A stretch of 37,755 nt of DNA, taken from Chloroflexota bacterium. GTDB lineage: Bacteria > Chloroflexota > Limnocylindria > Limnocylindrales > CSP1-4. How positions within the stretch are numbered: position 1 is the stretch's first letter; each line of letters begins with the position of its first letter. Positions 9,554 to 17,266 of the stretch are shown here, piece after piece. The position numbers and the translations under genes were made by a program. The stretch spans positions 1 to 37,755 of the forward strand of contig VBFZ01000038.1 of NCBI GenBank assembly GCA_005880805.1, written 5' to 3'. The notes below the pieces were generated by a model that worked only from the letters and a program-made list of their open reading frames with translations, ran no database searches and was not told the origin of the DNA.

Positions 9554-12500
9554 ATGGAAATTCTTGGCGCCGAGTCCACCAACCTCTTCATCGGCTCGGA
9601 GGCAGAGCCGCGTCAGCTGGTCCGCATTGCACTGCGCGGCGGCGCGGATGGTCGCGGCGAGACCGGACGCGTCTCGGTCCGTGGCAACGGGCTGCGACCC
9701 GACGAGCCCGTATCGATCGGGCCACTCGAGGCGGGCGCCGACGCGCGCCTGGAGATCGGCGTGGTGGTCGGGGGGGACGCGGCTCCCGGCGACACGATCT
9801 CCGCGGAGGTCGTAGTCGAGGGCGCGGGCGAGCCGGCCCGCCATCGGTTCGACCTCGTCGCCGCCGAGCCCGGCTGGCGCATGTTCATCTACACCGAGAC
9901 CTGGGGCAACGCGATCCAGTACCGCTCGCCATTCCAGCAACCGGGCCTCGCGCTCGTCAAGGCGCACCTCGAGACCGCGCGCCGGGACGCCGACTACAAG
10001 TTCGTGCTGGCGGAGCTCGATTACCTCAAGCCCTACTGGGATGCCTACCCGGAGGACCGCGGGTACATCCGCCAGCTGCTGGCCGACGGGCGCCTCGAGT
10101 TCATGGGCGGCACGTACAACGAGCCGAATACGAACCTGACCAGCGCCGAGTCGACGATCCGGAACGCGATCTACGGAGTCTCCTACCAGCGCGACGTGCT
10201 GGGCGGCGCGCCGGCGACGGCCTGGCAGCTCGACGCGTTCGGGCACGACCCGCAGTTCCCGGGAATCATGGCCGACGCCGGGATCACGGCCAGCTCCTGG
10301 GCACGCGGCCCGTTCCACGAGTGGGGCCCGCACTGGGTGCGCGGCCCGCAGCGGATGCCCGTGCCCGGCATGGCAGCCGGCGAGACGCCGCGTATGCAGT
10401 TCCCGACCGAGTTCGACTGGATGTCACCCAGCGGCCGCTCGCTGCTGACGTGCTTCCAGGCGGCTCACTACTCGGCCGGCTGGTGGATGGACACCGCGCC
10501 GACGCTCGAGGAGGCCGAGCAGCAGGTCCATCGCCTGTTCGACGAGCTGGCCGCCGATGCCGCGACCAGGAACGTGCTCCTGCCCGTCGGGTCGGACTAC
10601 ACGCCGCCGAACAAGTGGGTGACCGCCGTCGCCCGCGACTGGAACCGGCGTTACGTGTGGCCGAAGTTCGTGCCGGCCATCGCGCGCGACTTCTTCGACG
10701 CCGTCCGCGAGGAGCAGGCGCGCACCCGGCGGCCGTTCGTGGTGCAGACCCGCGACATGAACCCGATCTACGAGGGCAAGGACGTCTCGTTCATCGACAC
10801 GAAGCAGGCCCAGCGCGCCGCCGAGAACACCCTGCTGAGCGCTGAGAAGTTCGCGACGATCGCGAGCCTGCTCGGCGCGCGATTCCCCACCGAGGCCATC
10901 GACAAGGCCTGGCGGCAGCTGCTGTTCGGCGCGCATCACGACGGCATCACAGGCTCCGAATCGGACCAGGTCTACCTCGACCTCATCGGCGGCTGGCGTG
11001 AGTCGCTGGAGCTCGGCAAGGCCGCGCTCGACGGATCGCTCCGCTACCTCGGCGATCGGATCGACACGTCCGGCGAGGGGCGGGCCCTTACCGTGTTCAA
11101 TCCGCTGTCATGGCCGCGCAGCGACGTCGTCCGTGCGACAGTCGAGCTGCCGGCCGACTCGGGAACCGGCTTCCAGCTGCATGACCCGAACCGCGGCGTG
11201 GTCCCGTTCGTGATCGAGGCAGCCGAAGACGGCGGGGGAGCTGGAGGACCCGGCCGGGCGACGATCGCGTTCGTCGCGTCGGACGTTCCCGCGCTCGGAT
11301 ATCGCACCTTCCGTCTGATCGAGGGCGACGGTGGAGACGAGACCGCCGCCTGGCAGGCGGTCGAGGCGACACGGATCGAGAACGAGGCCTTCGCCGTGGA
11401 GGTCGACGCCGGGCGCGGGGGCGCCATCACGAGCCTCGTCGAGAAGCGCAGCGGCAAGGAGCTGATCCGGCCCGGAAAGGCGGCCAACGCGCTCGTTGCC
11501 TACCGTGAGTATCCCAACCACCCGCACTTCGGCGAGGGTCCCTGGCACCTCACGCCCGACGGCCGCTCCGCCTCGTCGGAGGCCACCCCAGCGACGGTCG
11601 TGGCAGAGGAGTCTGCGGTAGGACGCCGGATCGTGGTCGAGGCGCCGTTCGAGGGCGGCACGCGCCGGCAGGAGATCACGCTCTGGAACGGCGCGGAGCG
11701 GGTCGAGTTCCGGACCCGCATCGATGACTACGCCGGCCAGGACACGTTGTTCCGGGTCCGCTTCCCGCTCGCGGTGGAGGGCGGAAGGCCAATCTCCGAG
11801 ACGGGCAACGCGGTCGTCGGCCGCGGCTTCGGCTTCCCCGAGATCGACGTGGCCATGGTGCCGTTCACGCTCGATCACCCGGCTTACAACTGGTTCGGCG
11901 TCGGCAACACGGCCCGCGTCGACCTCCTCGACCGGGAGGACGGCGGACGCCCACCCCGCGCCTCGCGCGCGATCGGGATCGCGGAGGTGATCGGGCTTGG
12001 CATCCCCGAGCACGACGAGGCCGTGAGGGCGCTCGCTGTCGCACTGGTCCGGCAGGGCGTCACGTCAACCGTCTCGCGGCACGACGGCCACCGGTACGGA
12101 ATCCTCAACATCGACTCGAACCTGCCCGACGTCCGGATCGCCATCGGCCGCCCCGAGGAGAACCGGTTCGTGGCCGCCGCACTCGAGGCCGCGGGCAAGG
12201 GCTACCGGTCGGAGCTCGATCGGCAGCTGGGCGGCGCAGGCACGGCGCGGGTCTGGATCCCGGCGACGCGGCAGCAGCCCGGCGTCCCCGATACGTTCCC
12301 GGACCTGCGTGGTGCGCTCGACCTGCCGGTGCTCGTCGTCGCGGGTTCGGACCCCGAACACACCATCGAGGCGATCCAGACGCTGACGGCGGACCTCGAC
12401 GACTCCCGCATCCGCGTCGAACAGCCTTCCGAGCTCGACGGTTCGACTGGCCGACTCGAGGACTACACGGTCGCACTGCTCAACCGGGGGCTGCCTGGCT

Positions 12501-14020
12501 TCAACGTCGACGCCGAGGGAACGATGTTCCTGTCGCTGATGCGCGGCTGCAGCGGCTGGCCGTCGGGCGTATGGATCGACCCACCGCGGCGCTCGGTGCC
12601 CGACGGCTCGAACTTCCAGTTCCAGCACTGGACCCACACGTTCGAGTACGCGCTCGTCGCGGGCGCCGGCGACTGGCGCCAGGGCGAGGTCGTCCGCAAG
12701 GGCCACGATTTCAACAACGATCTGCCGGCTCGGGTTTTCGAGGCCCATTACGGATCGCTGGAAGCGACGAAGAGCCTCCTGTCGGTGGAGCCGTCCTCGG
12801 TCGTCCTGACGGCACTCAAGCCCGGCGGCAACCCGCTGGCGAAGATGGCCGACGCCGAGCTCGACCCAGCTCGGGGTATCGCCGCGCGACTCTACGAGTC
12901 CTCCGGACGACCGATGAAGGCGACGATTCGGTCGGCCTGGCCGCTGGAGGACGTCGCCCTCACGGACCTTCTCGAAGCCAACGCGCGGCCGGTCGCGGCC
13001 GGTTCCGGGTCGACTGCGGGCAGCTCCGGGACGGTAAGCGTCGACTTCGAGCCGTACCAGATCGCGACGATCGCGGGCCGTCTCGCCGCCCCCGAGGCCG
13101 GCGCCGGGTCCACGGAGCTGGCGCCCCGAGGAGAGCCGGCTCAGCCGCTCTTCTCGGATTACTGGATGCACAACAAGGGCCCCGCTCCGATGGGCTACCA
13201 GCCACTGGCCGTCCAGATCCGCCCGTGGCTGCTCGCGGCGACCGGCGACGGGGCGATCGGCATTCCGATCAGCGTGGCCTCGGAGCGAACGGATGCGCCG
13301 GTGTCAGGCTCGGTGACCCTCGAGGTGCCGTCCGGCTGGGATGTCAGCCCGGCAGAGCGAGCGTTCCGGCTTGCACCCGGGGCGCATCTCTCGTTCGAGG
13401 CCAGCATCACGCCCGGTCGGGGAACGCGCGCAGGTCGCTACTTCGTGGCGGCCCGCGTGACGGACGACGCGGGTCAGACGCACGAGGACGTGGTCACGAT
13501 CGACTACGGGCCGAGCCACGACGGCGACGGCCGGCGGACGGACGTGACACTGCGCTCGGCGACCCTGGCGCACGCCGTCGAGAAGGCAGTTCGCAACGCG
13601 GCCGGCGACGGCAACGGCGAAGCACCCGGGGAGGAGGCCGCAAGCCCCCAGGCGCTCGGCGGCGAGCTGACAGCCGAAGTCGTGGACCGCGGCCTCGCGA
13701 TCAATGCTGGCGAGCGGGCGCAGCTCCGTGTACGGCTGACCAATCACGCGGCCGCTGAGATCCGGGGCGAGGCCCAGCTCCTCAGCCCGCACGACATCTG
13801 GTCGATCGCCCGGCCCTGGACGCAGGGCTTCCGCGTCGCCCCGGGGGAGGACGCGGTCGTCACCTTCGAGGTCGACCCACCGTTCGACTTCGAGGGCGGC
13901 ACCTGGTGGGCGCTGGTCAAGGTGATGTATTTCGGGCGCCTGATCTATACGGAGTCCGTTCCGGTTGCGGTCAAGGCGACCCAGGCGGCGCGCGCGCTCA
14001 GCCTCGCGGCAGGGCGCTGA
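9554..14020 (+). CDS. GH38 alpha-mannosidase, Rv0648-like, with accessory Ig/NEW3-like domains; N-terminal Zn-binding motif absent
   Basis: KFVLAELDYLKPYWD, GGTYNEPNTNL, AWQLDAFGHDPQFPG (nucleophile Asp), LPVGSDYTPP, QLLFGAHHDGITGSE, VFNPLSWPR. Start at 9554 or 9539. The HxHxDxxW motif is not present (see findings). Confidence 0.9.
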   Translation: MEILGAESTNLFIGSEAEPRQLVRIALRGGADGRGETGRVSVRGNGLRPDEPVSIGPLEAGADARLEIGVVVGGDAAPGDTISAEVVVEGAGEPARHRFDLVAAEPGWRMFIYTETWGNAIQYRSPFQQPGLALVKAHLETARRDADYKFVLAELDYLKPYWDAYPEDRGYIRQLLADGRLEFMGGTYNEPNTNLTSAESTIRNAIYGVSYQRDVLGGAPATAWQLDAFGHDPQFPGIMADAGITASSWARGPFHEWGPHWVRGPQRMPVPGMAAGETPRMQFPTEFDWMSPSGRSLLTCFQAAHYSAGWWMDTAPTLEEAEQQVHRLFDELAADAATRNVLLPVGSDYTPPNKWVTAVARDWNRRYVWPKFVPAIARDFFDAVREEQARTRRPFVVQTRDMNPIYEGKDVSFIDTKQAQRAAENTLLSAEKFATIASLLGARFPTEAIDKAWRQLLFGAHHDGITGSESDQVYLDLIGGWRESLELGKAALDGSLRYLGDRIDTSGEGRALTVFNPLSWPRSDVVRATVELPADSGTGFQLHDPNRGVVPFVIEAAEDGGGAGGPGRATIAFVASDVPALGYRTFRLIEGDGGDETAAWQAVEATRIENEAFAVEVDAGRGGAITSLVEKRSGKELIRPGKAANALVAYREYPNHPHFGEGPWHLTPDGRSASSEATPATVVAEESAVGRRIVVEAPFEGGTRRQEITLWNGAERVEFRTRIDDYAGQDTLFRVRFPLAVEGGRPISETGNAVVGRGFGFPEIDVAMVPFTLDHPAYNWFGVGNTARVDLLDREDGGRPPRASRAIGIAEVIGLGIPEHDEAVRALAVALVRQGVTSTVSRHDGHRYGILNIDSNLPDVRIAIGRPEENRFVAAALEAAGKGYRSELDRQLGGAGTARVWIPATRQQPGVPDTFPDLRGALDLPVLVVAGSDPEHTIEAIQTLTADLDDSRIRVEQPSELDGSTGRLEDYTVALLNRGLPGFNVDAEGTMFLSLMRGCSGWPSGVWIDPPRRSVPDGSNFQFQHWTHTFEYALVAGAGDWRQGEVVRKGHDFNNDLPARVFEAHYGSLEATKSLLSVEPSSVVLTALKPGGNPLAKMADAELDPARGIAARLYESSGRPMKATIRSAWPLEDVALTDLLEANARPVAAGSGSTAGSSGTVSVDFEPYQIATIAGRLAAPEAGAGSTELAPRGEPAQPLFSDYWMHNKGPAPMGYQPLAVQIRPWLLAATGDGAIGIPISVASERTDAPVSGSVTLEVPSGWDVSPAERAFRLAPGAHLSFEASITPGRGTRAGRYFVAARVTDDAGQTHEDVVTIDYGPSHDGDGRRTDVTLRSATLAHAVEKAVRNAAGDGNGEAPGEEAASPQALGGELTAEVVDRGLAINAGERAQLRVRLTNHAAAEIRGEAQLLSPHDIWSIARPWTQGFRVAPGEDAVVTFEVDPPFDFEGGTWWALVKVMYFGRLIYTESVPVAVKATQAARALSLAAGR

Positions 14021-14042
14021 TCGCGCCAGAAACGGAGATGGC

Positions 14043-15017
14043 ATGACGGTTGCATCGAGGACCGAAACCACGTCCGAGCTGAAGATGGGCGTGCTGCCCT
14101 GGGGCCAGTACACCGACTGGCCATCGCTGCAGCGCGCGGGGCAACGCGCGGACGAGCTCGGCTATGACTCACTCTGGACATGGGATCACCTGTATCCCAT
14201 CCAGGGCGACTGGCGGGGACCGATCTTCGAGGGCTACCTGACGCTGACGGGCTGGGCGGGCGTGACCAATCACGTCACGGTGGGGCTCATGGTCGGCGCC
14301 AACACGTTCCGGAATCCCGCGCTCACCACGAAGATGGTGACCACCCTCGACCACATCAGCGGCGGCCGGGCCATCCTCGGAATCGGCGGCGCCTGGTTCG
14401 GGCGCGAGCACGAGGCGTACGGGATCGAGTTCGGCTCAGGGTTCGGCGAGCGGCTCGACTGGCTCGACGAAGCGGTCGACCTCATGCGCCAGATGCTGCA
14501 CCAGGAGGAAGGCACCGCCCGCGGGGTCTACTACCACGCCAAGCGGGTGCGGAACAATCCACCGCCCCTGCAGGACCATCTGCCAATCCTCATTGGCGGC
14601 GACGGGGAGAAGAAGACCCTCCACACCGTCGCAAAGTTCGCCGACGCCTGGAACACGGGAGGCAGCGTCGAGTTCGTGCGGCACAAGGACGAGGTCCTTC
14701 GGCGCTGGTGTCAGGAGGTCGGCCGCGACGAAGCGGAGATCGAGCGGACGCTGGGGCTGGGCCTGGTTCTCCTCCGGGACGATCCCGCGGAGGCGCGACG
14801 GGTCGAGGCCGCCATCCGGAAGCACCATCCCGGCTACGACGAGGACGGCCGCGTCGGAACGCCTGAGCAGATCGCCGAATCGCTCGTCCCGTACGTCAAG
14901 CTCGGCTTCCGGCACATCTTCTTCGACCTGCCGGCGCCCTTCGACCAGGAGACCCTCGAGCGCTTCGTCGGAGAGGTGAAGCCGATGCTCGCGGAGAAGG
15001 CGCTCGCAGCTCGCTGA
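14043..15017 (+). CDS. LLM-class (luciferase-like) flavin/F420-dependent oxidoreductase
   Basis: GYDSLWTWDHL, FEGYLTL, FRNPAL..KMVTTLDHISGGRAILGIGGAW, PILIGGDGEKKTL, VGTPEQIAE. GGAG SD before ATG 14043. Confidence 0.9.
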   Translation: MTVASRTETTSELKMGVLPWGQYTDWPSLQRAGQRADELGYDSLWTWDHLYPIQGDWRGPIFEGYLTLTGWAGVTNHVTVGLMVGANTFRNPALTTKMVTTLDHISGGRAILGIGGAWFGREHEAYGIEFGSGFGERLDWLDEAVDLMRQMLHQEEGTARGVYYHAKRVRNNPPPLQDHLPILIGGDGEKKTLHTVAKFADAWNTGGSVEFVRHKDEVLRRWCQEVGRDEAEIERTLGLGLVLLRDDPAEARRVEAAIRKHHPGYDEDGRVGTPEQIAESLVPYVKLGFRHIFFDLPAPFDQETLERFVGEVKPMLAEKALAAR

Positions 15018-15092
15018 CATCCCGACCTGACTCCGCGCTCCGGGCGGGCTGCGCGCTGATCGCCCCGGCGCGTCTTCGGTAACGTTCGCGCG

Positions 15093-15890
15093 ATGGACGA
15101 GCGCAGCCCCGACGCGAGCGTGACCAGCGCGCGTGTGCCCCGCCTGTCCTACTTCTTCCCGGCCCACAACGAAGAGGCCAACGTCGAGGCGCTCGTGCAC
15201 GAGGCGCTCGAGACGCTACCGCGCCTGGCGGGGCAGTTCGAGGTGATCGTCGTCGACGACGGCTCGCGTGATGCAACCGGCGAGATCGCCGAGCGCCTGG
15301 CGGCCGCGAACCCGCAAGTCGTCCGTGTCGTGCATCACGCCACGAACCTGGGCTACGGGGAAGCCCTCCGCTCCGGGCTGCGCGCCTCACGTTTCGAGCT
15401 CGTGGGCTTCACCGATGGTGACCGCCAGTTCCGGGTCCTCGATCTGGGACGGCTCGTCGGGCGCCTTCTCGAGCCCGATCGCCCGGATGCCGTCGTCGGC
15501 TACCGGCTGAAGCGAGCCGATCCGCCGATCAGGACCCTGTACGCGCGCGCCTACCGGCTGGCGAACCTCGTCTTCTTCCGGCTGACCGTCCGCGACGTGG
15601 ACTGTGCATGCAAGCTGTTCAGGCGTGAGGCGCTCGAAGGGGTGCGCGTGGAGTCGGGCGGTGCCTTTTTCTCGGCCGAGCTGCTGATCAAGCTGCGGGC
15701 TCGCGGTGCGCGCATCGCGGAGGTCGGCGTGCCGCACCATCCGCGCACGGCGGGATCTCCGAGCGGTGCGAGGCCCGCGGTCGTGCTGCGGGCTGTGAAG
15801 GACTTCTGGTCGCTGCGCTTGCGCCTCTGGGCGGCGCGGGCGAGCGCGTTGCGGCGCGGGCTGCCGATCCTCTCGGAGGACGCCGGCTAG
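15093..15890 (+). CDS. GT2 family glycosyltransferase (polyprenol-phosphate-mannose synthase / DPM1-like)
   Basis: FPAHNEE, VIVVDDGSRDAT, NLGYGEALRSG, FTDGD (DxD), DVDCACKLFRRE, ELLIK. No TM segments. Confidence 0.9.
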   Translation: MDERSPDASVTSARVPRLSYFFPAHNEEANVEALVHEALETLPRLAGQFEVIVVDDGSRDATGEIAERLAAANPQVVRVVHHATNLGYGEALRSGLRASRFELVGFTDGDRQFRVLDLGRLVGRLLEPDRPDAVVGYRLKRADPPIRTLYARAYRLANLVFFRLTVRDVDCACKLFRREALEGVRVESGGAFFSAELLIKLRARGARIAEVGVPHHPRTAGSPSGARPAVVLRAVKDFWSLRLRLWAARASALRRGLPILSEDAG

Positions 15891-15927
15891 GGCTGTCCGG
15901 GACGCCGAGGGGTCATTCCCGCCGGGC

Positions 15928-16539
15928 TTACTCGGGCGTCGGCCCCTCGCGCTTCTCGCCCTCCTGGTCGACGCCCAGCGAGTTGACGAACTCGCGAAAG
16001 ACATCCAGCCGTGGGTCGTGGAGCCGGCTCTTGCCGGGGCGGCCCTCGCGCTCCTCGGGCGGGGGCCCGGAGCGGGTCCCGGCCTCTCCCTCCTCGAGGG
16101 CGGTTCCTTCGTCTTCCTCCTCGCCGCTTTCGGGCGACACCCCCGACCGATCCAGGACCTCCTCGGCCGCGAAGATCTCCGCGCCGGTGCGAACCGCCAG
16201 GGCAACCGCGTCGGACGGCCGCGAGTCGATCTCGACGGGCCGCCCGCCGGCATCCAGCAGGAGCCGGGCACGGAAGGTTTCATCCGCGAGGTCGGCGATC
16301 ACGACGCGACGCACGGTAACGCCGAGCTCCTCGAGCGTCGCCGCGAACAGGTCGTGCGTCAGGGGACGCTCAGGTGCCAGGCCCTGCAGCTTCATGGCGA
16401 TCGCGTTCGCCTCCCAGGGCCCGATCCAGATCGGCAGGTAGCGCTCGCGGTCGCTCTCCTTGAGGATCACGACGTGCTGGCTGTTGAGCATGTGCACCCG
16501 CACGCTCTCGACGACCATCTCGACGAGCCGATCGGACAT
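15928..16539 (-). CDS. Bifunctional nuclease family protein (DUF151/BFN)
   Basis: VVILKE..RYLPIWIGPWEANAIA, RPLTHDL, IDSRPSDAVALAVR, acidic tail. Confidence 0.93.
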   Translation of the reverse strand: MSDRLVEMVVESVRVHMLNSQHVVILKESDRERYLPIWIGPWEANAIAMKLQGLAPERPLTHDLFAATLEELGVTVRRVVIADLADETFRARLLLDAGGRPVEIDSRPSDAVALAVRTGAEIFAAEEVLDRSGVSPESGEEEDEGTALEEGEAGTRSGPPPEEREGRPGKSRLHDPRLDVFREFVNSLGVDQEGEKREGPTPE

Positions 16540-16546
16540 GAGGGAA

Positions 16547-17266
16547 TTATCCCACGCCGAACTGGGGGCGCCGCCGGAACCGGAAGACGCCCCGGATCAG
16601 CAGCCCGACCGCCAGCCCGAGCACGAAGCCGCCGATGTGGGCGAAGAACGCCACCCCGCTCGCGTCGGACGCTGCCGCGCCCAGGCTCGTAAAGCCATCG
16701 ATGATCTGGAGGACGAACCAGAAGCCGAGCACGATCAGCGCCGGCACGGGAATGAGCTGGTAGAAGAAGCCGAGGAAGACAAGCGACAGGATGCGCGCGC
16801 CGGGATACAGCACGACGTAAGCGCCGAGGGTCGCGGCAATGGCGCCCGAGGCCCCGATCAGAGGCTGCCCCGAGTTCGGCTCGATCGCCACCTGGGCAAG
16901 GGCTGCGGCGTACCCGCCGGCCAGGTAGAACAGGAGAAAGGCGGGCCGTCCGAGGCGGTCCTCGATGTTGTTGCCGAAGATCCACAGGTAGAGCATGTTG
17001 CCGAGCAGGTGCAGCACGCCACCGTGCAGGAACATGCTGGTGACGACCGAGGCAACGGGCGGCGAGAGCAGGTTGCGCTGCGCCAGCACCGCCGACAGAT
17101 CCCGTGGCACGACGCCGTAGTTGTTGAGGAAAGCTTCAAGCGCACGGTCGCCCGAGCTCGCCTGCAGGTAGAGCTCATAGGCGAAAATCGCGAAGCAGGC
17201 CAGGATCAGCGCGATCGTGACGTACGGCGTCCGCCGCGTCGGGTTGGCATCCCGCAAGGGGATCAC
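16547..17266 (-). CDS. Rhomboid family intramembrane serine protease
   Basis: MIPLRDANP, TSMFLHGGVLHLLGNM, IEDRLG, GASG (catalytic Ser), AHIGGF (catalytic His). Confidence 0.95.
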   Translation of the reverse strand: MIPLRDANPTRRTPYVTIALILACFAIFAYELYLQASSGDRALEAFLNNYGVVPRDLSAVLAQRNLLSPPVASVVTSMFLHGGVLHLLGNMLYLWIFGNNIEDRLGRPAFLLFYLAGGYAAALAQVAIEPNSGQPLIGASGAIAATLGAYVVLYPGARILSLVFLGFFYQLIPVPALIVLGFWFVLQIIDGFTSLGAAASDASGVAFFAHIGGFVLGLAVGLLIRGVFRFRRRPQFGVG

